A DNA stretch of 64,000 bases from Octopus vulgaris (GCA_951406725.2 OX597832.1:67580001-67644000); one strand, 5' to 3'. Counted from the stretch's first letter, positions 26,870 through 40,373 are shown. Translations and numbers: made by a program. The notes: generated from the sequence alone by a model not told the origin.

Positions 26870-29800
26870 TCATAGGACTATGCTCAAGGTGGCTTCGTCA
26901 TTCATACGTGCCATCCTTGCTACATTCAACCATCTTTTTTTAAAACATTCGCTAGACAAAACTTGCCTCTCTACTCTCACTTTCCTTTTCAAGTGGTACT
27001 TGAAGAAGTTGATGAGAGATTGACCAGAGAGGAAAGTGTTTGTCTCCAATCCTTTCAGGCGCGTCCACCAGATACATTCTTCCGCCATAGCCACAAGGAT
27101 GATGAAAATAGCTCTTCCTTCCCGTTTGAAGTAAGGAGGCGTGACAATATTGACGATAGACTCAGCTGATAAACCGACTCGTCCCACACGTGACAGCAGT
27201 TGTTCGACATAAGCCCACAGGTTGGAAATTGTTGGACACTGCACGAGTGCGTGCAGAACGGTTTCGTCACTCTGACCGCATCTCGGGCAGGTCGGCCCCG
27301 TGTTTCTCGAGCCGTGTCTGTAGAGCTTATCCCGAACGGGTAGCGCTTCTCGGTAGCACTGCCAGGCCAGGGATCTCTGGAAGTTGTCCATGGGCCCTGG
27401 CCCGAAAGTCGTCCTGAACAGGCGGGTCAGGTATTCCTCGTCGACGTCAAGGTTCACCCTAAGATCGTCGTCGTACCTCCCCTCCATTAATCCCCTATAG
27501 AATGATTTGGTTGTGATGGAGTCATTCAAGGTAGATCCAGGACGGCAGAGTTGCTTGAGAGCAACGCGACACTCGCGGTGCCATTCGCCCTTCCTCGGCC
27601 TCTTTTTGATCCACGACTGCAGTTCGGTCATAGAGACAAGCTGCGGGAAAGCGTGCCCCACAAACGGCGACCACACCTGTTTACCGTCGTCTACGAAGAG
27701 CCTTAGATGTAGCAGTCTCAGCGCGTGTCTGCGCATCATCAACCACGGCATGCCCAGTCCTCCTTTTAACGGGTGTTGACAGCAAATGGATCGCCTGACC
27801 ATCGAGACGCATCCGTTTCACAAGAAGCGAAAGAGAATGCGTTCTAGTTTGGTGATGGTAGGGTCGGGACAAGGCACGACGGTCAGGCGGTAGTAGATGA
27901 CGGACGCGATGTACGTGTTCGCCACCTCCGCCCGACCTTTTAGGGACATTTTCCTCTCGGCCCATTGCCGGGTGAGAGTGACCACCCTACACGTTATATC
28001 GTTCCAGTTCTTCTCCACTTGGAGGTCCGGACCGAACCAGACCCCGAGCAACTCGACCGGACCGTCGGTCCAGCGTCCCACGACGGAGGCGCTGGTGGAC
28101 GGCATGGGCTTGCTTCTCCAGGTGCCTAGTCGCAAGCCCACTGACTTTTCCCGGTTGAGTTTTGCTCCTGTCACCCTTTTCGTAGTTTTTCAGTGTCTCG
28201 CCGACCTGCACCATTTGTTCGTGGTTAGACACTATGACGGTGACGTCGTCCGCGTATGCAGACACGCTCATCCCGCATCCCAGTTCTCGCGGGATGCCCC
28301 TCAAAGTTGCCAGCTTCCGCAATAATGGCTCGAGAGTCAAGACGTATAGAAGCGACGAGAAGGGGCATCCCTGACGGACCGAACGTGCGATGTCGAAAGG
28401 TCTCGATAGATGTCCATTTACGCGAATTACCGAACGGATGTACAAAGCGGCTAACCAGCCGTGGAAGACGGGACCGAAGTCAGCCGCTCTGAGGACAGCC
28501 CCCAAGTATCGATGGTCTACGCTATCGAAAGCTTTCGATTGATCCAAATTGATCAGCGTCCCACCCATGCCAGGTTCGTTAACTACCCTGTCTATGATGT
28601 AGCGCATCAGGTGGAGGTTGTCATGGATGGTCCGGCCCGGCACGGCACGGCGCACGTTTGCGTCCTATCGACCAGTTTCTCGATGACAAGCGCCAACCTC
28701 TTGGCTGACACCTTGGCCAAAAATTTCAAGTCTGCATTAAGCAGGGTGATGGGACTAAAGTTATCTATTACATTTCCCTTGTTTAGATCTTTCTTCAGCA
28801 GTGTTACGGCTCCTCGGCTCACAAAACCAGGAATGCTCCCGTTTTGCTGCCAGTTGCAGTACACCGCTGCCAAGACGTCTCCAAAGAAGTCTGGCATACA
28901 ACTGTGAAGCTCGTAGGGTAGACCATCCAAACCCGGCGATTTGTCCCTCGAGCATTCTGCCATCGCGTCCTGCACTTCCGCCACCGTGATGGCAGCTTCG
29001 CAGCACCCTGCCTATCTTGTCGAGAGTCGTGGTAGGCTGTGTAGGTAGGCACTGAGGTCCACCCTACGTTCTTGCCTGCCACTCGTCCCGAACAGTCGGG
29101 CAAAATGCTGCTGAAAGACCTCACACATTTTACTTGGCTCGAGCAATTCGCGCCCCTGTTCATCTACCAGAGACCGAATGGTGGCTTTGTTGCCCTGTTG
29201 CGTCTCTGCCACCCGGGCCTCTTTCGCAGCTCCAACACCTTGATTCCTTAGAGCACGCATCCTAGCTCTGACAGCACACCCTTCGTGTTTGGCGTTGAAG
29301 TGTTGGTCGAGGGCCAACATCGCCGCCAAAACGTCGGCTGCGATGCCGTTTCTAATTGCCTCTTCTAGCTTCTTAACTAGCTCACCCTCTACTCTATTTC
29401 TATCTATGGCTAGTGCTTTGCTGTACCTAATCGCTTCTGATTTTACTGCTCTCTTGAGGGCAAACCACCATTTGTTGTTGTTGATGGTTACCGTCAAAGC
29501 CCTCTTTACTAGTGTGCTAATCCGGTCTCTGAAAACCTGTTTCGATGGGAAAGACGCGTTTAGTTTCCAGTATCCGGGACCCTGCCTAAGTGTCTTACCT
29601 AAGTCTAGCGTGCATGTCACAAGTTTGTGATCCGTGTAGCTGACTATGTGGAATTGTGGACATCCTACACAGTATCCTATCAAGATACGATCTCGACGAC
29701 CCGATGCAGTTGCTCCATGTCCACGTTGGCGCATTCGGGTGGTCTAGTCGGAATCTGTCAGACAGTTGAAAGCGTCTGAGCAGATCTCTGAGGCATTTGC

Positions 29801-30285
29801 ATCCCCGTCTATTCCTATCTCTACCCACGTAGTCTACATGCGTAGCATTTCAACCCCCCCACCACCACCACTAAGAGTAAAGGACGAGACGTTCCCAGGA
29901 ATACTTCTAGACGTTGAAAGAAATCCGCCCGACCTGTTAAGGGCGGTGCGTAGACTGATACGAGTCGAAAAGCGCACCCATTGCTGCCGTCGACATCCAG
30001 GACGACCAGTCTACCCCCCGGGTCTACGAATATTGTCTTTACTTTGAGATCCAGACTCTTGCGAAAAAGTACCGCGGTGCCACTACCGCCCAATCTTGGC
30101 AGACAGGGGGAAAAATAAATGTTGAACTGTCCGCCAAACATTGTCTTTAGGGCCCGCGGATTGTGGAGTCTGGTCTCACTTATGGCTATGATTTCTAACT
30201 TATGTGACTTTATGTCATTTAAGAGGTACCCTTGTTTCCAAGGGGACCCCAAGCCACGCGCATTTACACAACCATTCTTGATCAT
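26870..30285 (-). pseudogene. LINE ORF2: AP-endonuclease, reverse transcriptase and CCHC, with multiple frameshifts
   Basis: NARGL, ISET, SVYAP, TDH, GPGYWKLN, KSPGLDGLP, PITLLNAD, LDQSKAFD, RQGCP, AYADD, GGLG, CPRC..DET..H....C. Confidence 0.93.
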
Positions 30286-30329
30286 AATCCTAATGAATTA
30301 GAATACAAGTGAAAGGAACAGAGGGTTAC

Positions 30330-32245
30330 TTACTCCTCCAAACTTTTTGCTTTCTCCTCCTTTGGTTTGTCCTCGAGGAGAACCCAGTAAAGTTTCTTTG
30401 TTAGATATTTTTGGCATTTACCAACCGCACTGGGGAAAATGCCTTTGAGTGTATGGTGCAGACTTTTGGAGATGTGTAATATTTTGATGTGGTCTGGTGG
30501 TGTTGTGTATGGGTGATTGTTTGTTTTTATGTCATCTTCTGTTATGTTTGTTTTTGATTTGATGTATTCCATCAAATTTGTGTTTTTGGTGTCTATAGCT
30601 GTGAGCATGTTTGCTGTATATATTTTTGTGGTGTTGGTGTGGCTGTTGTTTGTGTTGGGTTTTGAAATGTCTTCGGGAGATGTATTTCCTCCTGCTTTGT
30701 TTGTGTTTGCATTTTGTTTGGTTGTGTTTCTGCTCTTTATTTTCCTTCTTTTTCTGGCTATTTGCCATTCCTCACTAGTTTCGTCTTCCGACGAATTTTC
30801 TGAGGAATCAGTAGGGGGTAGGGGTATGTTGTAGACTTCTATGTATGTCTGTGTAAGTGGTTGTGCTGTTGTTTTCGTTGCTGTTGGTTGTTGAGTGTTT
30901 GTGTGTGGTGAGTGCGGTATAAGGGATGGGGAATCAGTTTTTGTATATTTTCTTTGTTTTTATGCTCCTTTGGTTCTTCCTGTTGTTGGTGGTGTTGGTA
31001 TTTTCTCAAGTGTCGAGTAATTTTTGGTTGTTGACGGCTTAGCTTGGTGTGCTTCTCTTGTTGTCTTCTGTGTTGATGGTGGTGTGGGTAGTAGAGCTTT
31101 TTTTTCGGAGTGTTTTGGTTGTGGTAGTGGTTGTTGTTGTTGCTCTTGGTGTGGAGTGGTTGGACACGTCTTTTTCAAATAGCAACGTGGTCACCTGCCC
31201 TCTACCACTACATAAAGTTTGTAGCCTCCTGGCAGTTCTATAGTGGTGGGTATCTTTTCTCTTGCTGTTTCATCCAATTGAAGAAGGAATTGGATTGATT
31301 TTCCCACATAGTCTTCCTGTCCTAGAACAGCGATTTCAAGGATGTTTGTCTCTGCCATTTCAAAGCAGATGGCAGAGACTAACCATTGTATTTCGACTTC
31401 AGGGGGTACATTTTTTATTTGAACTTTCGTCACCTGGTTTAAATAGGTTGGTATCATTACCAAGTCGTCGGAATGCAGCTCCAATGTGGAGAATAGTTTT
31501 GCTAAATTTTCGCTGAGGAAACGTACTTGGACTGTACCGAATTATTTCCCCAACTGATATACTCCTTAGAGTCCCATGCAGGACGAAGGCATTTTTCAAT
31601 TTTTTCCTGCGGTGCATTTTCTGGTCGTTTTGTTTTCTTGTTGATGGTTTTGTAGATTATTGTGTTTCTTTGTGTGTTTTCCACGATGTGTTGTGGAATG
31701 TGAAGATGCAATTTATCTACTTCTTTGGTGAAGAGTGCTTCTGTGAGGTTTATTTCCTGTGTGGTGAATTTTACGATTGTTCGTTTTAGTTTTGTCGCAT
31801 CCGCGAAATTCGTTTTAATTTTGGCGATGTTAGCAGCAGAAGGGTTAGTTGTAGCAGTTGTAGTCGTGGTAGTGGTGTTGGTGTTGGCGGTGTCGTCTTT
31901 GGTAGGCGGCTTTGTGCTGATTTCGTTGTTGTTGTTGTTGGTAGTTATGGTGGTGGTGCTGGCATTCATGTTTTCGTCTCTATTCGTGTTTGAAATCCCT
32001 TTCTCAGTCCTTTTATTATCGATAAGTGGTGTAGGGAGTGGGGGGAAATCTAAGTTAATGTCTTTGGTCGCGGCGATGGTGAACGGTCTTGCGACGTTAG
32101 TTTTCTTGTTGTTGTTGTTGGTGGTGGTGGTGGTGACAGCGGTGTTCAAGCTGCGAGGTTTAGCAGCTAGTGGTAGCAGTAGTGATTCGCTATCGTTCCG
32201 CCTGACTGGCGGGCTAGCCACGTGGTTTCTAGTTGCTATTTTCAA
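30330..32245 (-). pseudogene. LINE ORF1 (gag-like RNA-binding protein), frameshifted
   Basis: T/N-rich N-terminus, RRM-like KVQIKNVPPEV..W, VVVEGR*PRCYL..KKTCP (broken knuckle), P/T-rich C-terminus. Lies directly upstream of ORF2. Confidence 0.75.
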
Positions 32246-32390
32246 AGTGAAAAATGGCTAAAAGGAACCCACGAAAGTTTTGAAAGTTTTTGGTAATTTC
32301 GCCCATACAGGGGCGGACTTCTACGTGAATAATTCTCAGGTTTTTTAGTGAATGAACTTGCACAACGATTAAAATAAAATATTTGACAAC

Positions 32391-32537
32391 GTAGCTTGCT
32401 AACCAACCACATGATTCCGAGTTCAGTCCCACTGCGTGGCATCTTGGGCAAGTGTCTTCTGCTATAGCCCCGGGCCGACCAATGCCTTGTGAGTGGATTT
32501 GGTAGACGGAAACTGAAAGAAGCCTGTCGTATATATG

Positions 32538-32568
<31 letters not shown>

Positions 32569-32775
32569 GTTTGTGTGTCTGTGTTTGTCCCCCTAGCATT
32601 GCTTGATGACCGATGCTGGTGTGTTTACGTCCCCGTCACTTAGCGGTTCGGCAAAATAGACCGATAGAATAAGTACTGGGCTTACAAAGAATAAGTCCCG
32701 GGGTCGATTTGCTCGACTAAAGGCGGTGCTCCAGCATGGCCGCAGTCAAATGACTGAAACAAGTAAAAGAGAAAA
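32391..32775 (+). mobile_element. Family-B SINE embedded antisense in the LINE 5'UTR
   Basis: gagttcagtcccactgcgtggcatcttgggcaagtgtc..., internal (TA)/(TG) tract, ...gcagtcaaatgactgaaacaagtaaaag. The A-box end is missing. Confidence 0.88.
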
Positions 32776-32852
32776 AAAGAGAGAATGAGTTTTAAACATG
32801 TAAAAGTGGCCAACTTACGTGGAGCCCATTTGACTAGCGTCCGTCCATGTCG

Positions 32853-32858
32853 AGAGAG

Positions 32859-32925
<67 letters not shown>

Positions 32926-32992
32926 CAGACATATATATATATATATATAAATATATATATATATAGATAGATATATATATAGATAGATAGAT
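32853..32992. repeat. (GA)n-(GATA)n-(TA)n tract at the LINE 5' junction
   Basis: Seen directly. Confidence 0.95.
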
Positions 32993-34137
32993 TTATAAGC
33001 ATAAATGCGTGGTGTTTGTGTGTGTGTGTATGTTTGTGTGTCTGTCTGTCTATTTGTCTAGAAACTTGTATACGTAGTTGGATGTCTTACGCATGCCCAC
33101 ATGCAACCGTATATTTTGGTGCTCGAATCTAGCTGAACATGTACGATGCATATGAAAGTGTGTGTATTTATTCTCAACACATTGAACTGAAGCCTTAATA
33201 CTTTCACACAAGTTATAGCAGGTAGCTGTAAACCAAATAATCGGACGGACAATTTACATCCATTCATATTATGACTACAACTAGAGGATTATAACCACTT
33301 CATATTTTGTCCTAAACAAACGCAGCGATACTAATGATCACAAATACATGACGCTAAAGTGCTTACAACAGTGACGATACTTGTCACATTTCGGATGAAT
33401 ATTTTCTCATATTCTACTTACATTACAAGAGATGTTTGTATGTCAGGTGTGTATGATTCCGTTCGTATGCGCGTGTGTGAGTGCGTGCCTGTATGTGAAA
33501 CAAACGCAAATCATAAAACTATTTCAATGATATCATTTGTACATCACTTTCATTAATTCTTATATTACACCACTAGTTTGTAATATGTGAGGCTTATTTC
33601 ATCAGGGGATCGTTTTCACATAGCGTATATAGATTTTGGTAAATACATTACAGGTATGTGAGTATAGATATATGCACGTCACATAATTTGCTCTGTTTTA
33701 TGATCATGGCATCCTACACGAATGAATCGGAGCTTATCAGTTGCCACAACTTCCATCTATGCTTTCCATTATCGATCAAACACTTTCTTTTTCTTCCTGA
33801 CGTTTATGTCGTGTAACAAGTATTGCACATATCTTCTACAAAATCTCCTTTTTCTTCAGTTACCCTGTACTGTGAGACATAATAATTGACGTGCAACTTC
33901 TTGTTTTCGGCAATAATTTAGCACAAATGTATTTTCTTAATGGTATATTTTCGTATAATATATATATTTTTCTTTTTAATGTTACACCTAAAAAACGTTC
34001 GTCACCCTTCTTCACATCTGAATATAAGCTCCATTTACATGCGTCTGTGTTATTATATATGTGTACATACACATATATACATATATCTATAAATGCATAT
34101 GCATACACACACACACACACACACATATATATATGCA

Positions 34138-34169
<32 letters not shown>

Positions 34170-34173
34170 CATT

Positions 34174-34205
<32 letters not shown>

Positions 34206-34805
34206 CGTACATGCATATATATATATATATACTATATCTATGTATACACACACACACATATATATGTATATATGTATGTGTATATGCATGTGCACGTGAA
34301 TGAGCGGATAATAAGCAACACTCCTCAGTTATATGATAAGGAGATTTGCGAGATAAAATCAGGTGTATTGCTTTCTTCTGAGATCATTTATTTTTATTTC
34401 TAATAAAGGGATGCTTCGAGTCTTTTTATCAAAATGAATTCGTTTGCAACAAGAGAATTTTGCGTCTTAATTCAATTCGCCAACGCCCCAAATGTTATGC
34501 AAATTAGGGAAACCATTTTCTCGTTGATCTTACGACTGATATAATATTAGATACTTCGCCAGAATGATTTACACTATGATTTGTATGATTCATAGGTGAA
34601 TAGATCCCTATGTTTGTCAAGAGGCGTAAAATGTCATTACTGCTCTCAGCATTATTGACGCATCTTTATTTTCTAGAATACATTGAATATCATGTTCTCG
34701 TGATCAAGCAGATGCAATGTCTATATGAACATTACACACGCAAGAACAGAGTGGCTAAAATATTTTTTTTAGTTTCTAGGTTTTTAATGTCACATTCGTC
34801 TACAA

Positions 34806-34849
<44 letters not shown>

Positions 34850-34940
34850 ATATTTATCTTTTTTCAAAATGTGACCTAGTGTGTACCGTTGGCGATTTTT
34901 TTCCTCTGTCTTCCCTTCTCTGGATCTTTCCTTCTCCTAA

Positions 34941-34975
34941 GTTTCCGACGAAGAGCTCCGCTCGAAACGTTAAAC
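34941..34975 (+). ncRNA. Minimal type-I hammerhead (U4>C) in a Penelope-like terminal fragment
   Basis: gttt-CCGACGA-a-gagc tcc gctc-GAAA-cGTT-aaac, with palindromic stem III aacgtt. Confidence 0.6.
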
Positions 34976-35527
34976 AATCCTTCTTTCTTTCTTTCCTGAG
35001 CGTCCAATAATACTATATTTGTTCCACGTCCTCGCGTTGTTGTGTTTTTTTGTGCTTTCTTGTCTGGATTAACTATATATTTATCTCTCTCTCTATTTAT
35101 ATATATATATATATACGCGTATACATTTATCTCTCTATATACGTATGTATGTATATATATGGGTGTGTATGTATGTGGATCTATATAGAACGATGTATAT
35201 ATACATGTAAGTTCTACAACTGAATACCCGGTAAATTCTTGAAGGTCAGGTAATTGCAATTGCAAGGGCTAAGCGACCATGAAGAATGAATTAGTAATAT
35301 AAGGAAATCGACTAGCACACCCTTTAATATGAAACTCAATACTTACCAGGTATAGCATAGCCACCCTCACACGCCATCTATACATTTAAAGCATATCCAG
35401 CAACAGATTTTTAACCGCAACACATATTCCGATACACTGAGTGGTTACGACTATCACGTATAGCCACAAGAGACAGAAAGGATGCGGTGGAAACCGAGAA
35501 TTTGAAGTTACGAAACACAGAAACAAT

Positions 35528-35580
35528 AATTGTATATCACCTGATGAAGCACAAGATCTCATAATGTACGGAAACAGTTA
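35528..35580 (+). ncRNA. Hammerhead-like core
   Basis: CTGATGAa-gcaca..tgtac-gGAAACagtt. Stems I and III are unclear. Confidence 0.4.
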
Positions 35581-35844
35581 CATAACCAAATACCTGCGAA
35601 CCTGGAGAACTATGTTGGGTGGAAACAATCGTAGTGATTATAAATAAATATTATTCTCCACTCCTTCTTGCTAACTCCATCTTATTCAATTATCCTTTCA
35701 CACACAACACAAGTCCCAACGCAAATCTGGCAGTGGGATTAATACAACTGTTGGATAGAAGTAGCTGAAACCTCAAGGTAGACGACCTATAGTCTGTACT
35801 CTAATATTTCCTTAACAGAATATAATTTAACTTATATATATATA

Positions 35845-37125
35845 TTGGATCATCCTATAAATAATGCGGCTTTTTCAATTGCATGAAGTAAAAGTCGGAG
35901 GGGAACAGGATAAACTACCTGCATCAACTTGCTATAAAAGCAGGTGGGGATTTTACCCAGGACTTTTCCTTAGTGCAAATTTTGGGGAACGCAGTTTGAT
36001 TTTAACAGTTATTTTTTCAAAGCTATGATGGAAGTTACAAGCGTACATATTCAGCATATTTGACTTTATGAGTTCAATACAGGTAACAACGTAACGGAAA
36101 GTGCGAGGAATATTAATGCAGTATAAGGAGATTCGACAATAAGCGTGTTGTCAACGGCGGTTCCAGAAATTCTGAGCTGGAAACTACAGCTTAGAAGATG
36201 AGCCTCGTCCTGGAAGATCTGTAGAGCTCGACGAAGACATTCTGCAAAACCTGGTAGGAAAAATCTCATCGTAACTATTGATGAACTAGCAGTGAATCTT
36301 GGATTTGGTCATTCAACCATTCATCGCCGCCTGCATGCCATCGAAAAAGTCAGCAAATTGGCTCAGTGTGTTCCTCACAAACTTTCCGAGTCTAATCGCG
36401 CGCAGAGAGTGAATGTATGCTCTTCTTTGCTGTCACATCTTATGAATGAACCTTTTTGGACCGAATAGGGACTATTGACGAGAAAAGATTTCTCTATAAA
36501 AATGTGAAACGCCGAAGACACCGGGTAGGTCAAAACGAAGCACCGACACTCCGGGCTAAAGAAGGTCTTCATCCACCTAAAATGTTTTTATCTGTTTGGT
36601 GGGATATGACAGGTTTACTCCAATTTGAACGTTTTAACCCAAACCAAATGATAATAAATGAGATCTGCAGATAGCAGCTTGAGAGGGTCAAATCAGCGCT
36701 AGAAGTAGAGTAACCATCTTTGGTTTCAAAACTAAAGTTGTTCTTCCATCATGATAATGTTCGATCACATGCAGTGAAGATGACATTCCAACAGCTGGAG
36801 TAGCTTGAATAGTAAACGATGCTCCATCCACCATATTCGCTGGACATTGCCCCATCTTATTATCATTTATTTCGAAGTCTTCAGAATCATTTGGACGGAA
36901 ACAATATGAATTCTGTAGACGAGTTGAGAACATTATTGGAGAAGTCATTTTCGCCAAGGAAAAGTGGAATTTGGAAGAAGGACCTTGCAAGTCTACCTGA
37001 TAGTTGGAAGAGCATTGTAGAAAATAAAAAAGAGTATATTTTAGTTTAAAAAAGAAATTTGTTTATCTTAATTTTGAAAAATAAAAAGAAGTATAAAAAA
37101 CCGCATTATTTATGAGAAGACCCAA
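35845..37125 (+). mobile_element. Full-length decayed mariner (cecropia-like), ~1281 bp
   Basis: TIRs ttggatcatcctataaataatgcgg / ccgcattatttatgagaagacccaa, TA-flanked. Confidence 0.9.
36028..37049 (+). pseudogene. Mariner transposase pseudogene
   Basis: CVPHKL, TIDEK, LSVWWD, HHDN, HPPYSLDIAPSYYHLFRSLQNHL. Many stops and frameshifts. Confidence 0.88.
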
Positions 37126-37899
37126 TATGTGTGATGTGTGTGTTTGTGTGTGATTGTATGTGTATGTCCGTATGTATGTATATAAATGTCTGTGTTTATG
37201 TATATGTTATATATATGAGTAGTTGTAATTAATCTCTAGCAATTACAGAAATAGAAGATATAGAAAAATAGGAAATGAAAGTGAAAAAAGCGGAAAACAG
37301 CATCGGTGTCATCACTTTCTTACACCCGAAACTCATTTTGAAAATTTGGCAAGAATCCATAGTTCTATTTTTCACATGAAAAAGTATTACTGACCTCTGC
37401 TGACCTTTGCTATTCTTCTGCATTTCCCATTCCCATTACAGCCGGTGTCTTTATCCTGTAGACACATTTTGTTTACAGACTGATATACTTTCATCTGACC
37501 ATTCCACTATGAAATTGTCTGCGCATATTTAGACTGGAATCTCAATATTTCACCCGAAATGCTATTTAATATTCAGGTTTCATAAACTGATTTGGCTCTG
37601 TGTATAATGCATCAAGCTACACTTATAGATATTTTCCATTGTAGGCGAAATATCATATGTATATATGTGTGTGAGTTTGTGTGTGTGCGTGAGTGAGTGT
37701 GTTTGTGTACGTGCGTGTGTGTGTGAGTGAGTGTGTTTGTGTACGTGCGTGTGTGTGTGTGTGTATACATATGTATGTATGCATATATATATATAGCTAT
37801 TAAAGTATGTAAGGCTGACACTGTTAAGTTTAAAGTTCCATATAGATTATCACCGTTCAGTCTGCTTCAATATAGTGATTAAGCAAGTACTATTGCTAG

Positions 37900-38276
37900 T
37901 TACCTCTGCCATAGCGAAGGCGGAGGTATTGTTTTCAGTCGTGTTTGTTTGTTTGTTTGTTTGTTTGTCCGTGGACAAGATATCTCAAGATCTGCTGGAT
38001 GAATTCGAATGAAACTTTCAAGGATGTTCGGCCTCATGACTCTCTCGAACTGATTAGGTTTTCGGATACAAACGGTACCGGACAAGTATTCTGGATTATT
38101 TTTCCGTTTTTTTTAAACTTTTTATTTGAGAGCAATCAGGTTCATCTTTAGTATTCCTGTCTGTGAGTGCAGTCAAGTTTATTTCAGATATTCTCATTTT
38201 AAAAATCTTCTCCGAATAATCGTTGAGAGGACGTTGGTGTTACCTTGGCGGATGCATGCTCTCTCTAGTGCTCTAG
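37900..38276 (+). mobile_element. HINE/DINE-like non-autonomous Helentron
   Basis: 5' ttacctctgcc..ggcggaggt, internal (GTTT)n, subterminal IR ccttggcgga, 3' hairpin and ctag before TT. Confidence 0.75.
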
Positions 38277-38916
38277 TTATGTTTTAATTTAATTCCCTGA
38301 AACACCATGCACTGACGTGTTGCCGAATAATCCTTTGCGATTTAGCACCGAATTGAACGTGGAAAATACCAAACAAAATGTTCCAAAGGAGGATGATCGT
38401 GAAACGCAGGTAGAAACCAATGATATAAACTTGTGTTCATCGATAAATTTTCTACTAGAAAAATATATACATACAGATACACATATATGTGTGCGTGTGT
38501 GCATGTGTGCGAATGAGCGTGTATATGTGCAATATATAATATATATGTACGTATAGATACATACTCATAGAAAGAACGAAAGATTTATTAAAGAGATTAT
38601 GCTGCTATAAAGCTTCCTTTACACAAACATTGATTGTTGTGTATGACGAAGTACTTTTTTTTTAAAAGAAAGGTCTTATAGTCCTCGTATACTTGAAGAC
38701 AAACTGTCAGCTGCAAAGCTAAAGTTGTTTGTGTATGATGACTGATACGAAGGTTTGCTTTTATAACACATAAACAACTTTATTAAAGTATGAATTTATC
38801 TGTGTGTGAATAATTAACCCATCAAAGCCAGAGTGATTTATATTTAGCAAACGAATTTGTTTTTTAATTAGTTTCATAGAAAAGCAGTCTTTTCCTCTAT
38901 TTTTCCATTTTGTGAT

Positions 38917-39060
38917 GTGACATTTAGACCAACAAGAATGATATCCCGAGATGAAAGTGAGGAAATTTGCACAATGATGCATGTAGATATACTAAATTTC
39001 TATCCTTCAATAACCAGTCATTCGATAATGAAAACACTAGATTTGGGGGCAAACGAATGG
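38917..39060 (+). mobile_element. Penelope-like RT fossil
   Basis: VDILNFYPSIT resembles the PLE RT motif D(I/V)xxFYPSI. Confidence 0.45.
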
Positions 39061-39206
39061 GAGTATGGGAAAACAGGTGAGGAGTTGCATAACATCTAGA
39101 TTGTTTTGGGGAAGGAATAATATCATGATGATTTCTGGTTGTGTCGAGAAAGTGAAATGCTCATTCGTTGGATATAATATAATATAATATAATATAATAT
39201 AATATA

Positions 39207-39275
<69 letters not shown>

Positions 39276-39366
39276 CAAATTAGATATAAAACGACTATTA
39301 GGCAACTGCGAAATTTGATTTAATCCTAAATCTAATTTGTCCCTGTAAATTTGGATATACTCCCTA

Positions 39367-39930
<564 letters not shown>

Positions 39931-39997
39931 TATATATATATATATATATTATGTAGATAGATTGTTAGATATATATAGAGATATATAAACATATAAA

Positions 39998-40373
39998 AAA
40001 AAGAAAATAGAGATTGTGAAGTTAATAGTTGTTTATTATGAACAGCAAATTAAATTATATTCACTTACAATTATTTCAATTAATACTCAGTAAATATCAA
40101 ATATTAAATACATAATATATATATATATATGTGTGTGTGTCTAATGTGAGATAATAGTTTCACTTTTAATAGTTTCACTAAGTATATATTATATACATAG
40201 TGAAACTATTACTGTGAATGTATTAAAACTAAAACTATTATCTCACTTTACAATGGAGATGTTATTGTTTCAGTTTTGACATGAAATAGTCGAAGAAATA
40301 GCTGTAGGTGAAGAACATTAAGTTGCTGTTAATAATAAACAATTATTAACGACCCAATCTCCATTTTCTTTTT
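39998..40373. repeat. Nested inverted repeat (fold-back)
   Basis: 39998-40077 pairs with 40295-40373. An inner pair lies at 40143-40180 vs 40198-40248. Confidence 0.75.

Larger units (their letters stand above)
26456..32852 (-). mobile_element. Near full-length L1/Tx1-clade LINE (~6.4 kb), disabled
   Basis: ORF1 plus APE-RT-CCHC ORF2. The 3' end reads AATAAAgaaact(tatc)n and the 5' end also joins (TATC)n. Confidence 0.92.

Noticed and set aside
33584-33745. Minus-strand CTGATGA/CTGATAAG motifs
   Set aside because: Could not assemble consistent hammerhead stems.
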